From IMG/VR virus record IMGVR_UViG_3300017929_000004, positions 5,566 to 69,565 of that record: a DNA stretch of 64,000 nt; one strand, written 5' to 3'. Shown one piece after another: positions 8,856 to 17,208 of the stretch (positions are counted from its first letter, which is position 1; every line of letters starts with the position of its first letter). The DNA is from a virus. Position numbers and translations under genes: made by a program. The notes beneath the pieces were generated by a model. It was not told where the DNA came from. It ran no database searches and worked only from the letters and a program-made list of their open reading frames with translations.

Positions 8856-9243
8856 TCTAATTCTGGGGGCTCGCCGCAGATAGTTGGCCCTCGACGTGCG
8901 AGGAGCCTGCAACTGGGTGGAGGTTCGGCGCCAGGTCCGCCGCTCGCATCCTTATCTTATGCGCGCCTCCTGGGCGGTCCCTTCGGGGCGGATGGCTCGC
9001 TGCGGGCGACCGGCGCCACCCCATCTGGAGGACCGCGACACCTTCCCCGTACTCCGCGACCGCGCCGCTCCCGCCGCGCGCGCCCAAGGCTCTCCCCCCG
9101 CCCGCCGCCGCGCGGTTTATTTTTTCACTGAGGACAGCGCCCTATCTCTAAATCGGAATTGAATTTTTGAAAAAAGGGGGTGATTTTTTCAAGTCAAAGA
9201 AAAGGAAGGAAATAAAAAGCGGGCAAAAACCAGGAGAATTCCC

Positions 9244-9271
9244 TTGACATCAAGAAAAATCAGAGTAATCT
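9244..9271 (+). promoter_or_regulatory. Sigma70-type promoter (rightward), probably leaderless
   Basis: TTGACA-16-TAATCT, ATG 6 nt downstream. Confidence 0.6.
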
Positions 9272-9277
9272 AGGTTT

Positions 9278-9736
9278 ATGAAAACATGCTACACCTGCAC
9301 GGCTGAAAAACCGGAGGCCGAGTTTTATAAAGGGCGGGGGGAGTGTAAGGTTTGTGCGAGGGCTCGGAATTTGAAGTGGCTGGCAGAGCATCCGGATAGG
9401 GGGGTGGAGTTAAAGAGGCGGTGGCGGAAGGAGCATAAGGCGGAAATCCGAGAGTACTACCGGAACTGGTACGACACAAAGGGGAGGAAACGGGCGAGAG
9501 ATTACGCAGAGGTGATTAAGTCTTGGGATGCGGCAAATCCCGAGAAGCGGGTGGCGCGTGACGCTTTGAGGGTAGCGATTCGATCAAGGAAGATAGTTCG
9601 TCCGAAGCTATGCCAAGGATGCAGAAAGGCGCTTAGGCTCCATGCGCACCATAGGGATTACATGAGGCCGCTTGAGGTGATTTGGCTGTGCGCGAGTTGC
9701 CACAAGCTGGAGCATACCAACAGAAAGACGAAGTGA
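9278..9736 (+). CDS. HNH-like endonuclease
   Basis: KTCYTC..CKVC; CQGC..HAHHRDY.RPLEVIWLCASCHKLEH. Confidence 0.8.
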   Translation: MKTCYTCTAEKPEAEFYKGRGECKVCARARNLKWLAEHPDRGVELKRRWRKEHKAEIREYYRNWYDTKGRKRARDYAEVIKSWDAANPEKRVARDALRVAIRSRKIVRPKLCQGCRKALRLHAHHRDYMRPLEVIWLCASCHKLEHTNRKTK

Positions 9737-9743
9737 GCAGCTT

Positions 9744-11966
9744 ATGGGGAGTGGAAAGGTAAGCGAGATGAGCGAGGGGCTGGACGCGGTTGAATGGCGG
9801 GGTTGTTACGGTGGGGTGCGGGGGGACTTGTTCACGCGGGAGAGCAATGCGCATCCAGCGAAGATGGCGGTGGGGCTGTGCTACCGGATATTCGGGTACA
9901 TGGAAGAGCGGGGGTGGGTGAATAAGGAGACTCAAATAGTTGTTGACGAACTAGGATTACATCACCTAAAATCTCTATATGACCACTGCACTCATCTGTC
10001 CTACATGCCTGAAACCATTCAAAGCCAAGGACACAGAACAGGTATACTGCTCTCAGAAATGCTGGTATCTTCGCAACGGCACCAAGGAAAAAACCTGCCA
10101 GGTCTGCCGAAAACCATTCAAAGCGAGCAATCGAAATCAGAAGTATTGCTCGATGAACTGCAGATCGGTTGTTCTGCTGGGCAACAAATTCGCGAAGGGG
10201 AATCCCCCGAACCACTCAACCTTCAAAGTAGGAGAGCATACCGGAAAGAATCATCCCCGCTGGAAGGGCGGGTGGAGGGAGCACCGAGGGCCTGGTTGGA
10301 AAAAACAGAAGTCTCTACTACGAGAGAGAGACAAGAACTGTCGAATCTGCAGGGTGAGTCCCATCCTTGCCCATCACATAATCCCTTACCGCGAGACCGG
10401 GAATTCTTCACTAACAAATCTCCTCGGCCTGTGTTTCAAATGCCATACCAAGATAGAGCACGAATACGAAAAGAAACTCAAAGAACTCCATGTAGTTTGG
10501 AGGAAGGACTTATTGAATCGTTGCCAACCTGCCCTCTCTGTCGAAATTTAATTCTTCCTACTGAAGGTTCAAGAATCCTGATTCAAGCCTCTAGAATATG
10601 TGAACCCATGGCGGGGATCGGGACGACGCTGGTGGTGGGGGCGAGTTTAGGGTACCAGACGGTGGGAGTGGAGTTGGAGCGGCATTTTCTGGAGATGGCG
10701 GACGCCAATGTGGAGAAGTTGATGGCGAAGATGCCGGGGGCGCCGCGACCGGTGGTGCTGGGAGGGGATGCGAGGAGTCTGATAAAGGTGTTGGCAGAGG
10801 CGCAGGTGGCTGGGGTGTTGACGAGCCCGCCGTACGCGGGAAACATTGGCGGGGACAGCGGGATAGACGCATCGCTAGAGAAAAAAGTCAGTGGGGTACA
10901 CGCGCAGCACAAGATCCGCCAAGACTACGATGGTGTAGTAGCGTCGCCACCCTATGCGGACCAGGATTTAACAGGGGCTCGGCAGTTCCGGTCGAGATTC
11001 GAGCCGGCCCGGCCCGAGGCGAGGGCGAACCCGCATGAGGGATACGACGGCGTGGTGTCGAGCCCGCCATTTTCCGACCAAGCTGCGGCGGGCGGGGGAT
11101 GCGGCATTGCCAAGCGGGGATACGGCCCGGGGGGAACGGATAAGGTAGGCGATCGGGCGTACATGGCGCGGACGCAGGGAACATCGGACGGTCAGATTGG
11201 GAATCTCAAGGATCCGGCCGGCGACATTGACGCGGTACTGACAAGTCCACCTTGGGAGCGTGGCGCCCGCGGCGGGCAGCAGGGATGGTCGGACCCGGAC
11301 AAGGCGGCGGCAGTCGCGGCGGAGAAGTATAAGGACGGCAGCCGGAGGGGGCATCGCGCGTCTGCGGAGGCGATTGCGGCTCAGATGCGGCGCGACGAGA
11401 AACGAGTCTATGGCGAGAGTGAGGGGCAGATTGCAAACCTTCCATTCGGCATGATCGATGCTGCTTTAAGCAGCCCGCCCTATGAGGCAAGCTCGCAGTG
11501 CCAGGACAAGAACTTTAGGAGAGACGACCGTTTTAGGGAAGGAGATTGGCACCAACAAAAAAGGAATAATCCTAACTTCCCAGAATCCCCTTCCTCTGAT
11601 GGTCAAATAGGAAAAGAGCGTGGAGACACCTACCTAAGCGCCATGCTCGCCGTGTACCGCGAACTCCACGCCGTGCTCAAACCCGGGGGCGTCTGCGCCC
11701 TGGTCACCAAGAACCCCGTGAAAAATGGCGCTATCCGCCGCCTGGACGAGGACACGATTCGGCTCATGGAAGCCGCAGGCTTCACGCTCATCGAGCGCAA
11801 GCACGCGATGCTCTCCGAAGACCTTGGCGAGCAGATGACGATGGACGGTGGCATCAAGAAAATCCAGCGCGTGCGCATGAGTTTCTTCAAGCGCCTGCAC
11901 GTCCGGAAGTACCCGGAACTTGCCGTCCTATGGGAAGACGTTTTGTTTTTCAGGAGCGCGTTATGA
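9744..11966 (+). CDS. Amino-DNA methyltransferase with five SPP(Y/F/W) repeats and an in-frame ~219-codon insertion
   Basis: HPAKM, PMAGIGTT (motif I), GVELE, five xSPPx motifs, VYRELHAVLKPGGVCALV. Confidence 0.8.
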   Translation: MGSGKVSEMSEGLDAVEWRGCYGGVRGDLFTRESNAHPAKMAVGLCYRIFGYMEERGWVNKETQIVVDELGLHHLKSLYDHCTHLSYMPETIQSQGHRTGILLSEMLVSSQRHQGKNLPGLPKTIQSEQSKSEVLLDELQIGCSAGQQIREGESPEPLNLQSRRAYRKESSPLEGRVEGAPRAWLEKTEVSTTRERQELSNLQGESHPCPSHNPLPRDREFFTNKSPRPVFQMPYQDRARIRKETQRTPCSLEEGLIESLPTCPLCRNLILPTEGSRILIQASRICEPMAGIGTTLVVGASLGYQTVGVELERHFLEMADANVEKLMAKMPGAPRPVVLGGDARSLIKVLAEAQVAGVLTSPPYAGNIGGDSGIDASLEKKVSGVHAQHKIRQDYDGVVASPPYADQDLTGARQFRSRFEPARPEARANPHEGYDGVVSSPPFSDQAAAGGGCGIAKRGYGPGGTDKVGDRAYMARTQGTSDGQIGNLKDPAGDIDAVLTSPPWERGARGGQQGWSDPDKAAAVAAEKYKDGSRRGHRASAEAIAAQMRRDEKRVYGESEGQIANLPFGMIDAALSSPPYEASSQCQDKNFRRDDRFREGDWHQQKRNNPNFPESPSSDGQIGKERGDTYLSAMLAVYRELHAVLKPGGVCALVTKNPVKNGAIRRLDEDTIRLMEAAGFTLIERKHAMLSEDLGEQMTMDGGIKKIQRVRMSFFKRLHVRKYPELAVLWEDVLFFRSAL
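9943..9972 (+). promoter_or_regulatory. Internal promoter of the nested HNH
   Basis: TTGACG-18-TAAAAT, ATG 9979 six nt downstream. Confidence 0.6.
9979..10551 (+). CDS. HNH endonuclease nested (+1 frame) inside the methyltransferase ORF
   Basis: Two CxxC..F..YCSxxC repeats, NHPRWKGG, CRIC..AHHIIPY..NLLGLCFKCH. Confidence 0.88.
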   Translation: MTTALICPTCLKPFKAKDTEQVYCSQKCWYLRNGTKEKTCQVCRKPFKASNRNQKYCSMNCRSVVLLGNKFAKGNPPNHSTFKVGEHTGKNHPRWKGGWREHRGPGWKKQKSLLRERDKNCRICRVSPILAHHIIPYRETGNSSLTNLLGLCFKCHTKIEHEYEKKLKELHVVWRKDLLNRCQPALSVEI

Positions 11967-12178
11967 GTGAAGTTGGCGAGTACACAATCACTCGGGACGG
12001 CGACCGCTACGGGTCGCTCGGGTCGGACTTCCCCGACGTGCTGACCGTCGTCGGGACGCGCGAGCAGGCGCTACGCTTGGCGAACTACCTGTCGAATTAC
12101 TATGTGGGGTGCGACCTTCTGTTCCGCGTCGAAGGCACGACGGAGGGCGAGTACTATGCGGAGGACGTGCAGATATGA
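11963..12178 (+). CDS. Hypothetical protein
   Basis: ATGA overlap, AGGAG RBS. Confidence 0.6.
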   Translation: MSEVGEYTITRDGDRYGSLGSDFPDVLTVVGTREQALRLANYLSNYYVGCDLLFRVEGTTEGEYYAEDVQI

Positions 12179-12525
12179 AATTGAAGGCGCGCGACATCGT
12201 TCCGGGTTGGCCGCGAGGACGATCAACGGAGAATTTTCGGGGCGAATCTCCGGGAGCGAATCGGCGGTACCACGCCAAGCAGGCGGCGATGGTCGAGAAG
12301 TTTAGGTGCCGAGAACTCACCGTCCTCTATCCGCTGGACGGTCTACGCTGGTACCGTGGCTCGTTCTGGGGGCTGCGCTGCGGGCTCTGTGGAGCCGAGT
12401 GGAAGGACGGCAATGCGCCAACCTGCGCTTGCCCACCACATACCGTCATCGGCTTTGGGTACGACGCCGTGCTGAAAACGTGGAGGGGTGTCCTCCGGTC
12501 GGAAGCAGCGAACTTCAATTTCTAG
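12175..12525 (+). CDS. Hypothetical protein
   Basis: ATGA overlap; TAG stop overlaps the palindrome. Confidence 0.6.
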   Translation: MKLKARDIVPGWPRGRSTENFRGESPGANRRYHAKQAAMVEKFRCRELTVLYPLDGLRWYRGSFWGLRCGLCGAEWKDGNAPTCACPPHTVIGFGYDAVLKTWRGVLRSEAANFNF

Positions 12526-12538
12526 TGCAGGTCTGCAC
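12525..12538. repeat. Palindrome GTGCAG-NN-CTGCAC copy
   Basis: GTGCAGGTCTGCAC between a TAG stop and an RBS. Confidence 0.9.
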
Positions 12539-12552
12539 GACGCGAGGTGGCC

Positions 12553-12804
12553 ATGCCCGTCGAACTGAACGCCAGCAGCGAAGCGAAGTCGTTCTACGGG
12601 ATGTATCTGCGCGGCACCGAAGCTGACAAACTCCGTGCCGACATCGGAGTCTCCGATCGTACCATTCTGATTTGGCGGGTTCTTAGCCAGCTTGAGCGGG
12701 ATCGCACGGCCGCCACGGCGCTGCGGGTTCGCCGGCTGGTATTGCGGCAGTTCGACGCACTGGTACGCGCCCACGAGCAGCACCGACAGCCGAAGGCTGC
12801 ATGA
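12553..12804 (+). CDS. Hypothetical protein
   Basis: GAGGTG RBS. Confidence 0.6.
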   Translation: MPVELNASSEAKSFYGMYLRGTEADKLRADIGVSDRTILIWRVLSQLERDRTAATALRVRRLVLRQFDALVRAHEQHRQPKAA

Positions 12805-12836
12805 AAGGGATTGAGTAGTGCAAGGCAAGCTGGGGT

Positions 12837-12926
12837 AGATGTGTAGTTCAGCCGCGTTAGAACACCGTATGCGCACCTTAAATGGTGGGAAGACGGAGGT
12901 CGCTGGTTCGAGTCCAGTCGCATCTA
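12837..12926 (+). tRNA. tRNA-like RNA with an elongated anticodon arm (identity undetermined)
   Basis: Acceptor AGATGTG/CGCATCT, D-stem GTTC/GAAC, T-arm GCTGG-TTCGAGT-CCAGT; 24 nt enclosed by CCGT/ACGG. Confidence 0.7.
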
Positions 12927-12954
12927 CCCTGGAAAGATTAAAGCAAGGCAAGCT

Positions 12955-13066
12955 GCCGCCGAGCCCCGCAGAGGGGGATTCTGACTTTACTAGCCGTGCC
13001 CCTTTGTACGGTTTCTATAGTCAGATCAGAAGTGTCGACTGAGCTGAGATGCTTACGGCGGCACCA
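12955..13066 (+). ncRNA. Cloverleaf-like RNA ending in ACCA
   Basis: 7-bp GCCGCCG/CGGCGGC stem followed by ACCA; three internal hairpins; no canonical T-loop. Confidence 0.5.
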
Positions 13067-13069
13067 AAA

Positions 13070-13368
13070 TGGCAGCACGCGGCCTGGGGATTCCTGAGAC
13101 TGCGAGTTGCCAGAGGCGGGCGTGCGAACGTTGATAGCGAAAGTGACTACCATCTCAGTCCGCTGATAAGGTGGCGGCCACGCCCGCTGAAGGATTGAGA
13201 ATGGCACCGTGCGGCGTCCCAGACCAGACGCCAAAGTTATACCGCTACTGCCGAGTGGGCGCTGGTAAGTCGGCCACGATGCCAGAAAGGCAGGCAGGGG
13301 TGATTCGTGCCACCCACGGCAGGTAAAGTTAGGGGCCAAGCGCGTTTCCCTAGCCACCCCTGCCCTGC
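13070..13368 (+). ncRNA. Four further tandem stem-closed RNA units
   Basis: Closing stems 13070/13112, 13116/13187, 13202/13284, 13293/13364; purine-rich linkers; no plausible ORF. Confidence 0.5.
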
Positions 13369-13389
13369 TGAATGAGAGGATGGTAAACC

Positions 13390-13686
13390 ATGAAACAACT
13401 TTCAGGCATTGAACGAATTGCAAAGGAACGCAGGCGACAAATCCGCGTTGAGAAATGGTCTTCAAGCCACGATGACGCACTCATTAGACGCGAGTTGGCC
13501 CAAGCTGGTGCTCTGTATGCTCTTGGAGCGGGGCACCAAACTGTGCTTCCTTGGAATTGGCCGTGGGATGCTAAATGGTGGAAGCCCGGTACAGATATCA
13601 GAATGTTGGAAAAGGCAGGGGCTTTGATAGCAGCTGAGATCGACAGGCTCTTGAGGTTGTACCGTGCCCCGCCGAGAGGACGGTGA
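13390..13686 (+). CDS. Conserved phage hypothetical protein
   Basis: ERRRQ..E.W...HDD, WPW...WWKP, KAGALIAAEIDRL pattern familiar from phage genomes. Confidence 0.8.
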   Translation: MKQLSGIERIAKERRRQIRVEKWSSSHDDALIRRELAQAGALYALGAGHQTVLPWNWPWDAKWWKPGTDIRMLEKAGALIAAEIDRLLRLYRAPPRGR

Positions 13687-13792
13687 TGCCCGTTGACGAC
13701 GAAACACCAACCACAGTTGAAATAGCGGGGGATGCACCGAGCCGCTGGTGAGTAACGAGTGTGAGCGCCGAGAGCGTGAGGAGGTAAGGGAG

Positions 13793-14008
13793 ATGAAAAG
13801 CTTTCTAGTGGGAGTTGAAATGTCCGTTGCTTTTCTTGCTTGGTTGGTAGGATTCGTTTTCCTGATGGGGAAGGCAGTCACGTTCCTCATGAAAGTTAGT
13901 TCCTTTCATGCTGAAGACGGCTTCTGGTGGGTTGGTGCATGGATGCTGTACATAATCTTGAGTTGTGGATTGTGGGCATGGCTGAGAAGCGAAGGCCCTC
14001 TAAGTTAA
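13793..14008 (+). CDS. Small two-TM membrane protein
   Basis: GGAGGT RBS; hydrophobic. Confidence 0.55.
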   Translation: MKSFLVGVEMSVAFLAWLVGFVFLMGKAVTFLMKVSSFHAEDGFWWVGAWMLYIILSCGLWAWLRSEGPLS

Positions 14009-14059
14009 TACCGGGAGCGTTGGGACCAAAACTTTAGTGCTTCTCACAGGGGGTGAGAG

Positions 14060-14650
14060 ATGAAAAAAGATTTTCCGTTTGCGGTATCTCTTGAGCAGCC
14101 AAGCGAATTGAAAGAGGCAGCCATGAGTGGTTACAATGTGCCTGCGTGTCCCAATTGCGCCACCCTCCACAAGCAGGTTGAGCGGGCCGAAGCGGATACA
14201 CAGATAGCCAGGGATGAAATTATAGCACTGCAAGCCGACCGGAAAACTCTCATTGACAATCTGGAGGCATCGTTGGCGGCGTGCGCGGAGATGGCGGTCG
14301 CTTACCGCGCCGTTGGGTGTGAGGATGCGCTTTACAAAACCAATGATAGCAACCCCGGCACCGCCCTGCTGGAGGAACTCAAGCGCCTGCGGGCGGTAAA
14401 GGAGGCGGCAAAGGCGTACATAGACGCGCTTACGATTAATGAAAGAGACCGGAATATAATACCTTCGGCAGATGGTTTGAGGCCTCTCAAGGCTGCTTAC
14501 GCAAAAGCCCTCGCCGCCTGCGGAACTGAAGTCCTAGTCCGGAGCATCCCCGTGGAGAGAACAATCCCAGTTAAAGTGAAGCCACTGGGCAGGCTGAAAC
14601 CGATTGATGCCGCCTGCGAAGGAAGGGAAGGGAAGGAGCCCGAGGCATGA
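14060..14650 (+). CDS. Hypothetical coiled-coil protein
   Basis: ORF with RBS; start may be the later ATG (MSGYNV). Confidence 0.6.
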   Translation: MKKDFPFAVSLEQPSELKEAAMSGYNVPACPNCATLHKQVERAEADTQIARDEIIALQADRKTLIDNLEASLAACAEMAVAYRAVGCEDALYKTNDSNPGTALLEELKRLRAVKEAAKAYIDALTINERDRNIIPSADGLRPLKAAYAKALAACGTEVLVRSIPVERTIPVKVKPLGRLKPIDAACEGREGKEPEA

Positions 14651-14815
14651 AACGAAAATCAGGGTGGTATTGGGTGAAAGGCGCTCCCAGTCAAATTTTC
14701 GAATACATCCCGGCCTACTGGTCTAGCTATTACCGCCAGTGGTGGGCGATGAGGAGTTCTGACAAGCTGACGTTTGGATGGGTGAGAAAGGTCGGAAGGC
14801 CTATTAAGGAGCCCC

Positions 14816-15094
14816 ATGAATGAGTTCAATAAGCAAATGTTTAGTAGTTGCGAGCGTTATTTGAAGTCGGTATGTCCCCCGCATCCTGGAGGAGACGCAC
14901 AAGCCTATTTGCGCGGTTACGAAGATGGCGGCAATGCCGCCCTCGCAGTTGCGATAAAGGCGATATGTCCTCTTTGTGCCTCTGGTCCCCCGGCAAAGGC
15001 AGGAGTTCATACCTACCCCTGTCCGTATTGCCACAACATTACGCACGATATGACTGAGGCGTGCAAGGCATGGCCGATTTACCAACTGCGGTAG
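14816..15094 (+). CDS. Small Cys-rich protein
   Basis: AAGGAG RBS. Confidence 0.6.
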   Translation: MNEFNKQMFSSCERYLKSVCPPHPGGDAQAYLRGYEDGGNAALAVAIKAICPLCASGPPAKAGVHTYPCPYCHNITHDMTEACKAWPIYQLR

Positions 15095-15103
15095 GAGATC
15101 CTC

Positions 15104-15304
15104 ATGAGTGAGTTTGAGAAGTGGTGTCAAGAGAAGTTCGGACACACTCCTTACCGCTATACCACGTCTGACGGAGAGGTTTTTTATGGGTACCCCTGGC
15201 AAGACAAGTGGGAAGGCTGGAATGCCGCGCTTGTCATTGCAGAGACCCTCGCAGAGTGTCAACGCGACCTTATTCACCGTCTGCGTGAGGAGGAAAAGAG
15301 ATGA
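15104..15304 (+). CDS. Hypothetical protein
   Basis: AGGAG RBS; FEKW...WEGWNAA pattern. Confidence 0.65.
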   Translation: MSEFEKWCQEKFGHTPYRYTTSDGEVFYGYPWQDKWEGWNAALVIAETLAECQRDLIHRLREEEKR

Positions 15305-15714
15305 GCGAACCTACAAAGGAAGAATCCGTAATCTATGCTGCAATCATTGGCCTATTAGATGGGAAAGTGAAGGAATTAGACTTCTTTCACTTCATTATGG
15401 AAAAGCTCAATACCGCCGTCACCGAGGCCCAGGCGGAGATGGTGCAAAGGTGCATCCAAGAATGTGCCATTGTGCGCGATTCCCCACTTAGATGTGTTGA
15501 GCCCTGCACCGAAGATTGGATTGCTCGGAGGATGCAGATGCTCTCGCCCGACCCCCACTGGCTGGAGGGGAAAGTGCTGGAGGCACGGAAGCAAACCATG
15601 GATGCAATAGCTGAGCTTTCTTGCCTCGATGAGGAAATGTTTCAGGAAGCGTTCAAGGCAGCACATGCCACCCTCGACGCCCACCTTGCAGTGCTGCCAA
15701 AGGTGAAGCCATGA
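15301..15714 (+). CDS. Hypothetical protein
   Basis: ATGA overlap. Confidence 0.6.
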   Translation: MSEPTKEESVIYAAIIGLLDGKVKELDFFHFIMEKLNTAVTEAQAEMVQRCIQECAIVRDSPLRCVEPCTEDWIARRMQMLSPDPHWLEGKVLEARKQTMDAIAELSCLDEEMFQEAFKAAHATLDAHLAVLPKVKP

Positions 15715-15810
15715 TCGTCAACGACATCGGCCAATGGGCAGAAGTCTGGGGCCGGGAAAAACAAGACTTGACTCCAAGCCGCTTCTGAGAGAAGATGCGA
15801 CGAGAGCGCA

Positions 15811-15824
15811 GTGCAGGACTGCAC
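15811..15824. repeat. Palindrome GTGCAG-NN-CTGCAC copy
   Basis: CAGTGCAGGACTGCACTG directly before a GGGAGG RBS. Confidence 0.9.
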
Positions 15825-15839
15825 TGAGGGAGGAAACGG

Positions 15840-16160
15840 ATGACCGACGAGAATCAAGGAACGCTGAAAGCCATGAAGGTTGAATCTATTTGCTTCCTCT
15901 GTACGCACGCTCGCATCATGGGAATTGAAATTGAGAGTCCTGGCGTACATCCGTTGACTCTGCACTCGGGCATGAACGTAAGGCAAGTGGCGCAGACCGT
16001 TTGTCACGCCCGTGGCGGAGCCACACCGCTCGGATCGAATTGCTCCGTGAAAATGTGCAGCGACTTCGAGCAGCAAATCGAACCCCGGGAGTTAAAAGTT
16101 CCCTTGGTACCCGGAACGGCCACTGGAGACTCTGGACCCACGCCATCGGTATTCAATTGA
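15840..16160 (+). CDS. Hypothetical protein
   Basis: GGGAGG RBS. Confidence 0.6.
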   Translation: MTDENQGTLKAMKVESICFLCTHARIMGIEIESPGVHPLTLHSGMNVRQVAQTVCHARGGATPLGSNCSVKMCSDFEQQIEPRELKVPLVPGTATGDSGPTPSVFN

Positions 16161-16702
16161 TCGAAATCCTCCGCTACCCAAACCGGATGCTCACGACGCC
16201 GACCGAGGCTTGGAATCCAGCAATCCCCTACACCGAAACGCCCTCTCAGATTTCCAGCCAACTCCAAGACGCTATGAAACTGTATGCTGGAGTTGGTCTT
16301 GCGGCGAATCAAATTGGTATGACAGTTGCCATTGCTGTCGTGCGGACGAAAGAGAGAGGCATCCTGACTTTGGTGAATCCCACAATCACCTTCACCAGCG
16401 ATTCCATCGACCCCCGCGGTGGGTTCATCCAAAGCACCGAAGGCTGTCTCAGCCTTCCCGGAATCCAGTTCGTCATTACTCGGTCGGCTGAGATCGAGTT
16501 GGCATGGCTCGACGAAGAGCTTTCTCCGCACACTGAAACCTTCAAAGGCGAGGACGCAATCCGAATCCAGCATGAGACAGATCATTTGAAGGGCATTCTG
16601 GTACTAGACCATCTGAGCGCGCTCAAGCGCAACATGCTGATTCGGAAAATCCAGAAGGTGGTCAGGCTTGAGAAGCGGTACGAGAAGGCGGTGCTGCGAT
16701 GA
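16157..16702 (+). CDS. def: Peptide deformylase
   Basis: GVGLAANQIG, EGCLS, QHETDHLKG; TTG start overlapping the upstream TGA. Confidence 0.95.
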   Translation: MIEILRYPNRMLTTPTEAWNPAIPYTETPSQISSQLQDAMKLYAGVGLAANQIGMTVAIAVVRTKERGILTLVNPTITFTSDSIDPRGGFIQSTEGCLSLPGIQFVITRSAEIELAWLDEELSPHTETFKGEDAIRIQHETDHLKGILVLDHLSALKRNMLIRKIQKVVRLEKRYEKAVLR

Positions 16703-17208
16703 TCGAACCCAAAAAGATTCTTCTCAGCCAACGCACAAGGGATTCGGCGACCGTCATCGAGGCGGGGTCGTTGAACAACCCGTTCATCGGAAGAATCCAA
16801 GTGCTTTGCACCGGCCCGCAGGCTTTCGCCGAGATCCTGAATTACCTCGTCCACGCCGACCTTGCCATCGGTGCCGTGCAGCACGCAATCTCCTGCCTGC
16901 AGATGGCTCGGCGCCCCGAGGACCGCATCGACGACATGCGAATGCTCCAAGATGCCCACCACACGCTGACCGGCTGGCACTTCGATTCGGCATCCACGCC
17001 AGCGCCCTTGAGGGGGATTCGTCCATCGGCTGGCAGCATTAGTTGGGAAAAGGCAAAAGAAGTTATGGGCCAAATCGATCCTGCGAAGGTGCAAGAGATG
17101 TTTGGAGGCAACCCTTTAAGATTGGGCTCGGCGCATCCAGATGAGGAACTCAAGATTGACAAAATGCTCCCTGAGAGCGTACCTTCCGAAGGAGAGAAAA
17201 CCTCATGA
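16699..17208 (+). CDS. Hypothetical protein
   Basis: ATGA overlaps at both ends. Confidence 0.65.
   Translation: MIEPKKILLSQRTRDSATVIEAGSLNNPFIGRIQVLCTGPQAFAEILNYLVHADLAIGAVQHAISCLQMARRPEDRIDDMRMLQDAHHTLTGWHFDSASTPAPLRGIRPSAGSISWEKAKEVMGQIDPAKVQEMFGGNPLRLGSAHPDEELKIDKMLPESVPSEGEKTS

Noticed and set aside
9948-10604. Methyltransferase insert as an intein or group I/II intron
   Set aside because: No Cys/Ser start or His-Asn end in the host frame, and the flanks are too short for a ribozyme core
12343-13480. Minus-strand ORFs over the RNA array
   Set aside because: They oppose the operon direction, have no motifs, and the region is better explained by RNA structure
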